Positions 29,478-38,668 of a DNA stretch of 48,666 nt are shown piece by piece. The stretch is from a virus. Its lineage: Duplodnaviria; Caudoviricetes. The stretch covers positions 1-48,666 of the IMG/VR virus record IMGVR_UViG_3300030372_001947; one strand, given 5' to 3'. How positions within the stretch are numbered: the first letter of the stretch is position 1; each line of letters begins with the position of its first letter. Made by a program: the position numbers and the translations under genes. The notes under the pieces were generated by a model, which had not been told where the DNA came from, did not search any database, and saw only the letters and a list, made by a program, of their open reading frames with translations.

Positions 29478-29806
29478 GCTTTTACCTCCTCTGTGGATTT
29501 GGCTTGTTCAGCCATTTCGTGTATTTCTTCCCAACTCATAAGATGAATTTCTTCATTCGAATAACTCGGTTGTCCTTTAATTAATAAGTCCTCTTCTCCT
29601 CTAAAAGCATCGTTAGAAACATCTTCACTGAGAGGTGTAACCGCCGATACGAATCCTGCTTTACGTAGTAAAGTAGCAGGGTTGTTAATCATAGAACGTA
29701 ATTTTTGATTTTCATTTTTTATTACTTGTAAGTCAGAATCCATAGATTCCATTTTTGAAATTAATGTGTTCATTAGACGCTCCGTAACAGATGTGTCTTC
29801 ACTCAT
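29474..29806 (-). CDS. Coiled-coil protein with scaffold-like C-terminal motif
   Basis: Coiled coil, then MSWEEIH matching the scaffold C-terminal MSWEEVH; AGGTGA RBS. Confidence 0.75.
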   Translation of the reverse strand: MSEDTSVTERLMNTLISKMESMDSDLQVIKNENQKLRSMINNPATLLRKAGFVSAVTPLSEDVSNDAFRGEEDLLIKGQPSYSNEEIHLMSWEEIHEMAEQAKSTEEVKA

Positions 29807-29814
29807 TGAATCAC

Positions 29815-30198
29815 CTAGTTAGAATAACGACCAAAAGTACCACTGTGTTTTCTCATTCCACCGCCTGTTCTAGCAGGAATGATGACACCGGGTAAAACAC
29901 GGTCTCTTTGAGCAGAGTCAAATTTAGCACCAGTTTCATTCATTTTTCGTAATACAACACCATTTACATGACTTTGATGTGCATGTGTTACTTGTTCTTC
30001 TGCTTTTTTAATAGCAATAAAAATATCATCAGAAAGGAATTCTGCAAACTTTTTAATTTCGTTCAAATGTTGCTGTGCAACCATGACATCATCGTTTTCT
30101 AATGCCTTTGTAAATTCCTCTGTATGTACCCCTAATTTACGGGCCATAGGATGCATTTTTTGTAAGTCCATTTGTCTCACCTTATAACTCCCAAGCAT
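29815..30198 (-). CDS. Hypothetical protein (head module)
   Basis: 127-aa ORF; AGGTGA precedes internal MDLQK, the likely true start. Confidence 0.7.
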   Translation of the reverse strand: MLGSYKVRQMDLQKMHPMARKLGVHTEEFTKALENDDVMVAQQHLNEIKKFAEFLSDDIFIAIKKAEEQVTHAHQSHVNGVVLRKMNETGAKFDSAQRDRVLPGVIIPARTGGGMRKHSGTFGRYSN

Positions 30199-30214
30199 AT
30201 CGCTCTAATTATAG

Positions 30215-31963
30215 TTACGCACCTCGTAACCTTCTTGAATCCATCAATGCTTGTGAATTTTGTTGCGGTATCGTGGGTGGCAAACCTCTTTGTTGAACGT
30301 TAGAAATAGGAGAACCTATACCACCCGTACTTCTTTGTTGTGGCCTTGCTGGACTTCTTGGAGTTCTAATTCCTTGACCTTCTCCGCCCGGTTGCGAAGG
30401 AGGCATCGCTCCCATACCCATACCCATACCCGGTGGAACTGCACTTCTACCACCCGGTGCATTCGGAGGCATACCGCCTCCCATAGGCATACCACCTCTC
30501 ATGGGCATTTGCGGTTGTGCTTGTGGTTGTTGCGCTTGCTCATCTATTTTTTTGTAAGTAAACCTGACATCTCTTTCGCCTTCTTCCATTAATTCAGGTT
30601 TATACCCAAGCATTTGCATTCTTTGTGCTAAGTTAACTTCCATTTCATCACGGCGCAGTCTTGTAATTTCATCTTCTTCTTCGTTTGGATACAATGTAAT
30701 TTTCCAATCACTAATACCCATTTCTCTTAAAAGACGAGGGAATAAAACTTCAGTGTAAACTTTCTGTCCGAACTCAACCGCTCTATTGGTCACAAGAATT
30801 TGTAAACCTTCATTATTTAACCCACCCGATTTACCATTATCAATCATAAAGATAGATGATACACCAAAGAATGCTGCTATTCTATTTCTTATTTCATCAC
30901 GAACAGCGATATATTGCATTTCTTCGAGAGTATCCATAAATTTAATCCAATTAACTCCTCCACGGCCAGTTTGACTTTCAATACCAACTTTAGGAATATA
31001 ATGCGGGTCTCTTTCAAGTTTTTCATCAACACCCTTCCAAAAAGATTTCATTGATTCTAAATTATCAGTGGTTACTGAAATTATACCTTTGGGACTTCTA
31101 CGTTTTTGATATGCTGTGTACATATAATTATCCATAGCAGTTAACGTCATGGCTTGTCTCCATAATGTATTGACGGGGCTTTTACCATACAATTTACTTG
31201 GATTATATTTAGAAATATGTAAAACTTCTCCTTTTGTGAAATATTGATTTTTACCCGAACCAGCCATATTAACATAATGAGCATCTACCATTTCTGCCCC
31301 ACAAGTAGGACAAGCGTTATCTTGACCGGGATAAGCCACTTGGTCTCTATGTAATCTACAGATTCGATATCTTCCACCTCTAACTCCACGTTTATCGGCA
31401 ATAATACGCATAAATATAGGGTCTCCCCTAACTATTTCCTTGATACGATAAAATTGAATTTCTCCTGTTTCTTCGTCTACATAATACTCCTTGATTAATA
31501 TTAAGAAAGCATCGTCTACAATGTTCAAATCTCTTTCTATTTCATATAATACTTGTAAAAAGGATTGTTCCATAGAATTTTCTTGATTTAATAACCACTT
31601 ACCATATATTACATCGTCTACTTTGGGCTCTCTTACTTCCCCACCACATGAAGGGCACTCCTCTACATCGTGTTGAAACTCTTCTTCACATTCAACACAT
31701 TTTTTTCGGAATTTCTTTTCCCAATAATAACCACGTCTAAATATTTCTTGGTTTAATTTAGATGTAACAGTTCTGAGGATTAAATTTTCATGTGTGACTG
31801 CATACAATGCTGGTAATGTAATACCTTGTGCTAAAACAGGCTCTTGAATACCAGTGGTATACAAAGGCATTTGAGGCTGTGGAGTTGTTCTTCTTCTAAA
31901 TGGACTAGCCAATGCTGATAAGAATCTACTAATCCTACTTTCCCCTGCATCGTCTTCAGCCAT
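30215..31963 (-). CDS. Portal protein with inserted zinc ribbons and P/G/M/Q-rich C-tail
   Basis: IERDLNIVDDAFL, FTKGEVLHISKYNPSKLYGKSP, PKGII, EMQYIAVRDEIRNRIAAFFGVS; lies between TerL and the protease. Confidence 0.9.
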   Translation of the reverse strand: MAEDDAGESRISRFLSALASPFRRRTTPQPQMPLYTTGIQEPVLAQGITLPALYAVTHENLILRTVTSKLNQEIFRRGYYWEKKFRKKCVECEEEFQHDVEECPSCGGEVREPKVDDVIYGKWLLNQENSMEQSFLQVLYEIERDLNIVDDAFLILIKEYYVDEETGEIQFYRIKEIVRGDPIFMRIIADKRGVRGGRYRICRLHRDQVAYPGQDNACPTCGAEMVDAHYVNMAGSGKNQYFTKGEVLHISKYNPSKLYGKSPVNTLWRQAMTLTAMDNYMYTAYQKRRSPKGIISVTTDNLESMKSFWKGVDEKLERDPHYIPKVGIESQTGRGGVNWIKFMDTLEEMQYIAVRDEIRNRIAAFFGVSSIFMIDNGKSGGLNNEGLQILVTNRAVEFGQKVYTEVLFPRLLREMGISDWKITLYPNEEEDEITRLRRDEMEVNLAQRMQMLGYKPELMEEGERDVRFTYKKIDEQAQQPQAQPQMPMRGGMPMGGGMPPNAPGGRSAVPPGMGMGMGAMPPSQPGGEGQGIRTPRSPARPQQRSTGGIGSPISNVQQRGLPPTIPQQNSQALMDSRRLRGA

Positions 31964-33186
31964 TATAATCCCTCTCTATATTTACCTATAGTATCTTCGT
32001 CAATACCCCACCCTTCTAATAACTCACGAGATTTCTTAGCATCATCTTTCCAATTTTCGAATCTTACTAATCTTTTTATTTCTTGTTTTCTCACAGGGTC
32101 TTTTTCATCTAAATACGCTAAAACACATTTTGCTTGCATTGATTTCATTTTTAAATGAGGTGATACACCATTCAATAGTTTTCTTAAATCGTTTTTTGAA
32201 TAAAATTGAAGCCTATGTTGACTTCTTTGAGATTCCTTGTATACTTTATTATCTAATTGTAAAACACCACATTCTAAATGTTTATACAAATCTTCACAAT
32301 GAATTTTACCTCTAGCACCAGTGGCAATCATACCAGCCCGAGGTTCTCCTCTTTCTGTTATGGTGATGTAACCATCAGCATCTAAAAAACCAGCACTGTA
32401 AGCCCAAACATCTTTCATGATTAATCCTTGAGTAGAAATCAAAACATATGTACCTCTTTCCGCACCTTTGATGATATCTAATTCTTCACCATACATATTT
32501 AGAAGAGCAGTTAACTTTCTATCTGTAAATGATTTTTTCAGTAGACCAGCATCATGTAAATTTACTCTCATGTCAGATGGTCTCATAGGACCTTTTTGTT
32601 TTAGTTCGTTCACTACAAACTCTAAATAATTTAATTCCGCTTTAGTGAGTTTATCTATTTGATTTAATGTAGTAGACCACATTTTTCTAGCAGCAGACCT
32701 ATTACCCATAGCAGTAGCCCAAGCCTGTTCCTCTTCTTTACCCCACACATCTTCATGTTGGTCTAGCATCTTTAAGGTACGTTCTGCATCCTTCCACAAA
32801 TTACACGCCTGAAGTAAAGATATTTGTCTAGTATCTCCAAATTTTCTCAGACTTTTGAGTTTTTTATCGCTTAAACCTAATTGTTTCATAACATCGTGCA
32901 AGTCTTTTCCCCAAGATAAATTATGTAAAGTCATTTCTGTTTCTAAAGATTTAATTGCTCTAATATCTTTTATAAAACTGTCAATTTCACTTTTATCATC
33001 TTTATTATGCCTTCTCGCTTTTCTAAATCTTTTAACGAAGACATCAGCGGAACAACCTAAAGTTGTTTCAAACCAACCATCACCGTTAATAGGAAATTGA
33101 TATTTGACCACTTCCTCTTCTTCTAAAGATACACTATCCTCTTTGACAATCTCAAAATCATCATCAAGAATAGCAGAGGCCCACAT
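31963..33186 (-). CDS. LAGLIDADG endonuclease-domain protein with N-terminal helical and winged-helix-like regions
   Basis: AYSAGFLDADGYITI motif followed by the typical beta-strands and LRKLLNGVSPHLKMK; preceded by a wHTH-like ELKQKGPMRPSDM...RGTYVL. Confidence 0.8.
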   Translation of the reverse strand: MWASAILDDDFEIVKEDSVSLEEEEVVKYQFPINGDGWFETTLGCSADVFVKRFRKARRHNKDDKSEIDSFIKDIRAIKSLETEMTLHNLSWGKDLHDVMKQLGLSDKKLKSLRKFGDTRQISLLQACNLWKDAERTLKMLDQHEDVWGKEEEQAWATAMGNRSAARKMWSTTLNQIDKLTKAELNYLEFVVNELKQKGPMRPSDMRVNLHDAGLLKKSFTDRKLTALLNMYGEELDIIKGAERGTYVLISTQGLIMKDVWAYSAGFLDADGYITITERGEPRAGMIATGARGKIHCEDLYKHLECGVLQLDNKVYKESQRSQHRLQFYSKNDLRKLLNGVSPHLKMKSMQAKCVLAYLDEKDPVRKQEIKRLVRFENWKDDAKKSRELLEGWGIDEDTIGKYREGL

Positions 33187-33187
33187 A

Positions 33188-33757
33188 TTAGTACCCCTTA
33201 TCTACTCTTACTTTTCCCCTTCTCTTTTTATCAAGGAAGAAACTTGTGGGGTCTTCTTCTCTTAACTGTCGAAGCATATCTTGCCCACGAGTATTAAATT
33301 GAGCAACTTTTTGTTTTCCATGATGTAATGCATTCAATGCTTGAAGAAATGCTCTACGTTGGTCACTTCCACCAACATTAGCACTAAACTTAGAAGGGAA
33401 TCGCTTGGCCTCAATGTAATCAGGAGACTGTCTTCCTTCATCATACAATAAATTTGCATATTCACCTTTGCCCTCGGGTGTTAAAATATTTGATGCCGCT
33501 GTTCCGTATCTATCAATTACGGATTGCTCGTATGCTGGCCCTCTTTGCATAGCAGATGCTACATCGGCAAATCTACGTGCATTAACAGAGTCTCCTGCTC
33601 CTCTCATACTTTCAGATTCTTGTAACAAATCTTCTACGCTTGCTTTCTTTTTAGTATCAGGGTCAGAAACTTTAGTTGGAGTTTTTCCACCTTTCTTTCC
33701 AACTGATATTATTAACACCATTCCGTGTTTCTTTCCGCCTAGTTTTTTTTCTTTCAT
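33188..33757 (-). CDS. Hypothetical basic protein
   Basis: ORF track starts at 33799; ATGA overlap with the TerL stop suggests the start is 33757 (MKEKKL). Confidence 0.65.
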   Translation of the reverse strand: MKEKKLGGKKHGMVLIISVGKKGGKTPTKVSDPDTKKKASVEDLLQESESMRGAGDSVNARRFADVASAMQRGPAYEQSVIDRYGTAASNILTPEGKGEYANLLYDEGRQSPDYIEAKRFPSKFSANVGGSDQRRAFLQALNALHHGKQKVAQFNTRGQDMLRQLREEDPTSFFLDKKRRGKVRVDKGY

Positions 33758-35244
33758 GGTATCATCCATCCTCCGCCTTTGCCCGTTCCCGATATCCATC
33801 CATCGAAACCCGGTAAATAATCATCTAGTAACATAACAGACCCTCTAAACTCTTTTGTACCCCAATTAGCAAGCGCCAAAGACATAGCCAAGTCATCATG
33901 AGTTCCCACGCTTTCCAACCTTCCATTTTTTTGCATTCCGAATCTGTTTAACTCCATTTCTAACTTATGTGTAAACTCACGGCTCCTCTCATCTCCATAC
34001 GGAGTTTTGATTTGCCCCTGCTCGAAGGCCATGAGTAAACTCATAAAGAGGCTTTCCTTTCGAGTGCGTGTGGTCATAAATGTTCTAATTGGAATATCTT
34101 GTCTAATATCTTGAAGTTCCATCGCAAACATTCTTTGAAAATTATTACCTTCTAATTCTATTAAATCGGGTTGAAATCTATTATTTAACAATATTATTTT
34201 CTTTTTCTGAGCCATTGAAGACATACCTCTTTCATGCACTATCCCTATAATTTGTTTAACATCATCATCAGGAGGAGTACGAAGAACTGTCATCGCAGTA
34301 AAGTCAGCATTTTTATCAGATGCAATAGCAGTATCCCATCCTATGAAATGATGACCAAATACTCCCGCTGGTTCACCTTCTTCATCGAATTCTGTTTCAG
34401 CCCTATCTAGTAAAACTAAATCTTTATCTCTTGCATTTTCAAGAACATTCATAGGAAACATACTCGCTACATCATGAATTGGTTCACATAAATATTCACG
34501 AGCAAATTGTATGGCTGGCATAGCATTTCGTCTTTGGTCTAGTGCTTCTAAGTCCCAACGCTCAGGCCACAACGCTTCACCTTTGTCGTTTATAGCAGGA
34601 TATGTTTCAACAAGAAAAGCATCTTTTTGTTCAAGTTCTGCGTATAAATCATTATAAGAAAACGGAGTTCCTACCATCATCAATCTTGCTGTGTGGTGGA
34701 GTACTGGTAATAAAACAGCATAAAACCAATCTGCTGCTCTTTGTAATTCAGAAGATGTATTACCCCAAAGAATATCGTCACATACTACTACATCGGGATG
34801 GAAACCACGAGTAGCCCCACCTACCGATTTAGCCATCATACGACTACCATTTGTAAATTCAAAATATGATTTAGCCCAAGGTTTTCCTCCTGTGGGTTTT
34901 AGATGTCTTAAACAAGGAGCCATATCTATACAGTTACGAATAAAACGCATATGTTCTAGTGTCTGTTCAAGACTGTGACTGAAAATCATGATGTGTGTTT
35001 TCGGATTAAAAGCAGCAATCCATAATGCATACGACATAAATAATGTAGACTTACCGTGGTCACGAGATGCTTTAACACAATAATATCTTTCATTTGTTAA
35101 ACCTTCATCCCATTTTTTATGATGGTCAGAATAATGAAAACCCAATACAGTTTCAAAGAAATACTTGAAAGAACGCTCGGACATTTTAGTGTCCATCTCT
35201 ATGAGAAGTTCCTGCATTTGCTGTTTATCTTGCATATTAACCAC
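33754..35244 (-). CDS. terL: Terminase large subunit
   Basis: Walker A ASRDHGKST, Walker B VVVCDD, coupling motif VGTP, RNase H-like IGWDTA...ADFTA...THDDLAMSLA. Confidence 0.95.
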   Translation of the reverse strand: MVNMQDKQQMQELLIEMDTKMSERSFKYFFETVLGFHYSDHHKKWDEGLTNERYYCVKASRDHGKSTLFMSYALWIAAFNPKTHIMIFSHSLEQTLEHMRFIRNCIDMAPCLRHLKPTGGKPWAKSYFEFTNGSRMMAKSVGGATRGFHPDVVVCDDILWGNTSSELQRAADWFYAVLLPVLHHTARLMMVGTPFSYNDLYAELEQKDAFLVETYPAINDKGEALWPERWDLEALDQRRNAMPAIQFAREYLCEPIHDVASMFPMNVLENARDKDLVLLDRAETEFDEEGEPAGVFGHHFIGWDTAIASDKNADFTAMTVLRTPPDDDVKQIIGIVHERGMSSMAQKKKIILLNNRFQPDLIELEGNNFQRMFAMELQDIRQDIPIRTFMTTRTRKESLFMSLLMAFEQGQIKTPYGDERSREFTHKLEMELNRFGMQKNGRLESVGTHDDLAMSLALANWGTKEFRGSVMLLDDYLPGFDGWISGTGKGGGWMIP

Positions 35245-36304
35245 CTTGGATTACATGTTGATTCGTCTGTTTAAATTGATTTATTGCCTCATTATCATCA
35301 TCATCAATATTAGTCATAGATTGTTTAGGTGGTTGATTATTAATATTAGGTTGAGGTCCAATAGCGCTTCCTAATACTGCTGCTGTTTTTTCCTCTAATC
35401 GATTCAGATTAGGAGGAGGAGTAGCAGGGCCAGTGGGTATAGTAGGTGGTGGAGGAGGGTTATTTACACCAAGAAAAGCATCTGAAAAACCGCCTTGTGG
35501 TTTATACATTCTCGCTTGAACTTGTTCGTTATAAGGATTTACTTTACCAAACAAAGGTCTTCCATCACTAGTATATTGAATTGTATTTTCTTCATTCCAT
35601 TTGGCTTGATTTTCAAGTGCTTGTCTTAACATCTCTTGTTGCATTTCTATTGTTGGTGGTGAAAAAGGCATAGGTGCGGATGTAGGTTGCTCTATTGTGG
35701 GTTGTGCCATAGGTTCCGCTATTGTGGGTTGTGGCTTAGCCTCGGGCTCCGCCCCCGCTAAAGCAACATCTCTACCAAATCGACTACCTATACCAGTACC
35801 TGTTTTTACCGCAACAGGAGCAAGAGTTTGTGCAGCAGTATAACCTTGTAAACCAGCAGTACCTAAAGCAGAAAAAGCATCAGTACCACTAGCGGTTGCT
35901 CTTTGTAAAGCAGTTAAACCTCTTACTGTTCCATATAATTTAGATGCTATATCTGCTGCTCTACCTAAACCCCCGCCGTATTTACGAGCAAGATTATAAA
36001 TTTGTTCACGAGTAACACCACGAGGTAATTCTGCACCTACAGTGGGTGTTACACCAAAAGCCGCTGCCTCTTCCATGCTACGAGGTTTAAATTTAGCCTC
36101 TTTAAATCCACGAGCAGGTTCACCCGATATAGTGCTTTGAACAGTGCTTCTTCTTGCTAAATCTTCGTCTATCTCACCTAAAGGTCTACTATCAAAAAAT
36201 TTATTGCTCGAACCAAACCTTATTGGAACTTGAACTCCTGTGTCCCCAATAGTTTGATAACCAACAATCTCTTCTTGTTTTTTAATCACTCCTACATAAC
36301 TCAA
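35237..36304 (-). CDS. Hypothetical A/G- and P/Q-rich protein (possible internal/ejection protein)
   Basis: 355 aa with a Gly/Ala amphipathic core and Pro-rich tail; coupled to TerL. Confidence 0.65.
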   Translation of the reverse strand: MSYVGVIKKQEEIVGYQTIGDTGVQVPIRFGSSNKFFDSRPLGEIDEDLARRSTVQSTISGEPARGFKEAKFKPRSMEEAAAFGVTPTVGAELPRGVTREQIYNLARKYGGGLGRAADIASKLYGTVRGLTALQRATASGTDAFSALGTAGLQGYTAAQTLAPVAVKTGTGIGSRFGRDVALAGAEPEAKPQPTIAEPMAQPTIEQPTSAPMPFSPPTIEMQQEMLRQALENQAKWNEENTIQYTSDGRPLFGKVNPYNEQVQARMYKPQGGFSDAFLGVNNPPPPPTIPTGPATPPPNLNRLEEKTAAVLGSAIGPQPNINNQPPKQSMTNIDDDDNEAINQFKQTNQHVIQGG

Positions 36305-38668
36305 TTAAACACCCCCAATACTAACTTTGATTACCTTTACGACTGTGGGAGAAACATTTAATCTCTTTGCTATACGTTCCCAATCACCCATTGAGTGAGC
36401 GATTGTTTTCACATCAACTGGTGTTAGGTCTACACTTTTAGCAAGATGTCTAATACCAAATTCATCAGCAATATTTACTGGTCTTGGTAAAGCATGTTTC
36501 ATTACAGTGTCATCAGCAAAAGCATCGTCCATTTGCATATCTTCCATGGCTTTAGTAATTCTATCCGTAATTGATAGATTTTTGTCTTGTGACTTCATAT
36601 ATTGAGATAAAAATGTTTGGCCGGGGTCTCCCATGGCTTGTTGATATCTTTGTTCATCAAAACTCAAAGGACCTTCGGGTTGTAATCTTACAGGTAAATT
36701 TGCTTGTTGTGCTATACTTCTGAAAGATTGAGGTGACGCTTGACCTAAATGCCTTCTAGCAGCCACTAACTCAGGACTTTGTTGTAATGGAAATTGAACT
36801 TGTGGGGGTACACTAGGTGCAGGTGCTGGTGCAGCCATTGGTGTAATAGGTGGTGCAACCTTGACTCCCGGTTGTGCCGTAGGCATAGGAGGGTCTATTT
36901 TTGGAGGTGGACCCGGTGGCACTTTTTGCGCTTGAGCCTCAGTCGGTGGCGGTGGGGCCTCGAAATCAGTAGCGTATGATACATGTGGTGGAAGATTTGG
37001 TTTATTTTCAAACAAACCCATGTCTGTAACCTTTCTACTCGCTAAGTGTTGAGTAGGCATTTCATCAGGATGTATCAAATCTCTTTTAACTTTCATACCT
37101 TCGTGAGAGCCAGCAATTATATCCGCTATACCCTCTAAACCCTTTCTTCTACTATCCACAGTATCCAAAGAATCGACATTGTAACCTAATTGAGCATACA
37201 AAGATGGGTCTTCAGGTTCATAATGTCTTAGATTACTCGGACCCTTTTCAGAGTGTCCCGATACATTGGCTAAAGCATAAATTGATTTTGCTCTAGGGTG
37301 AACACCTTCTGAAGTTAATGTTTTTTGATAATTTGGATTACCTTTACCCCCTTTAAGATGATTTATGAAACCATCATGATTAAGAGTTGCATTTGAATCA
37401 AAATGGTCAATTAAATGTTGAATTGTTTTTTCACCCCTTTGGTTTTTTCTCAAACGACTAAATAATACCTTAAATCCATCAGTTTGTCTTAAATCCTCCA
37501 TTAAATCGTCTAAATAACCAGTAGGCTCGTGCATTAATTCATCAAGTGACCTTTCTTGATAATCACCTGTTGCAGTACGAACAGGTAAAGTTATTTTTCC
37601 AAAATTTTCAGATATACCTTTTTGTTTCAAAGAATTAATAGCATTTCTGAATAAATTTTTTGCTTTTTGTGTGCCCGCATTTGTTGTTTTATTACCATGT
37701 AAATGAAATATATCAGGCAAGTGATGTGCTATTTCATAAGAAAATATATCAATAGGAATAGCACCAGTACTATATCCTTCGGGAACTGTTTCCATAAAAC
37801 TATCAGGTAAATTTCCCTGTTGTAATTGGTCTCCACCTGTTCCTGAAAGTCTCATCACATTAGGTGAAAGTTGTACTCTACTAGGATGTGAATCGATTGT
37901 AGCCCATTTGTCATGTATATACCCTTTACTTCCAAATATAGCATCTATATTTTCTTGACCGAATTCTCCTCCTAATTTATTTAACAACATATTTCTTAGA
38001 GCCAAGTGAATAGGATTTGAATAAGATTCTATAAATGTACCCAATGTCTGAGGATTACTATTTGTGAATTGAGTTATGAGTTTATCCTCGTTATCTCTTA
38101 CATTTTGATTTATTGAGTTTTTTCCTTTAAAGGAACTAACATGATTTGTTCTCCATTCATCACTTTCAATATGAGGTAACATATCAGATTTACCAGCATT
38201 TTTTCTAGCCTTATTTGTTTCATCAATAGCCATATTAAGTATGTCAATTGGATTTAACCTTATACCCAAACTACTACTATGTTTACCAAGAATACCTGCT
38301 CTATCTAATGCATCTCCTAAATCTTTAATCACGCCATCCATTCCATGATAATGATTTCTTTCTGTTCCATCGTTATTCATTCCTGTGTTGTAAGCCAATT
38401 CACCGTGCCTTCCTATTTTGAATTTACCGGGGATTAAATTACCAACACCTGCGTGTCCTGATGGATGTGGGTCTGCTGTCCCACCATGAGCATATGCAGG
38501 TGCGTCAATTTTACCACCAGTTTTAGGATTAACACCTGCGCCTACCGCTTCAGGTGGAAATGATGAATACATTGTACTTTGTAATTCTTGACCGGGTTGA
38601 GCGTGCCAACCGACCACGCCGTGACCCTTTAAAATAATTGGATTACTTTTTACAAAAATGTAACTCAA
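36305..38668 (-). CDS. Hypothetical 787-aa protein with Pro-rich linker and C-terminal HTH-like segment
   Basis: Long ORF; C-terminal DWERIAKRLNVSPTVVKVIK; several hydrophobic-x-K-S/G/A sites. Confidence 0.7.
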   Translation of the reverse strand: MSYIFVKSNPIILKGHGVVGWHAQPGQELQSTMYSSFPPEAVGAGVNPKTGGKIDAPAYAHGGTADPHPSGHAGVGNLIPGKFKIGRHGELAYNTGMNNDGTERNHYHGMDGVIKDLGDALDRAGILGKHSSSLGIRLNPIDILNMAIDETNKARKNAGKSDMLPHIESDEWRTNHVSSFKGKNSINQNVRDNEDKLITQFTNSNPQTLGTFIESYSNPIHLALRNMLLNKLGGEFGQENIDAIFGSKGYIHDKWATIDSHPSRVQLSPNVMRLSGTGGDQLQQGNLPDSFMETVPEGYSTGAIPIDIFSYEIAHHLPDIFHLHGNKTTNAGTQKAKNLFRNAINSLKQKGISENFGKITLPVRTATGDYQERSLDELMHEPTGYLDDLMEDLRQTDGFKVLFSRLRKNQRGEKTIQHLIDHFDSNATLNHDGFINHLKGGKGNPNYQKTLTSEGVHPRAKSIYALANVSGHSEKGPSNLRHYEPEDPSLYAQLGYNVDSLDTVDSRRKGLEGIADIIAGSHEGMKVKRDLIHPDEMPTQHLASRKVTDMGLFENKPNLPPHVSYATDFEAPPPPTEAQAQKVPPGPPPKIDPPMPTAQPGVKVAPPITPMAAPAPAPSVPPQVQFPLQQSPELVAARRHLGQASPQSFRSIAQQANLPVRLQPEGPLSFDEQRYQQAMGDPGQTFLSQYMKSQDKNLSITDRITKAMEDMQMDDAFADDTVMKHALPRPVNIADEFGIRHLAKSVDLTPVDVKTIAHSMGDWERIAKRLNVSPTVVKVIKVSIGGV

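Noticed and set aside
31963-35244. Intein or intron in terminase/portal explaining the LAGLIDADG domain
   Set aside because: TerL and portal look complete and of normal length. No intein splice motifs (N-terminal C/S, C-terminal HN) flank the nuclease domain.
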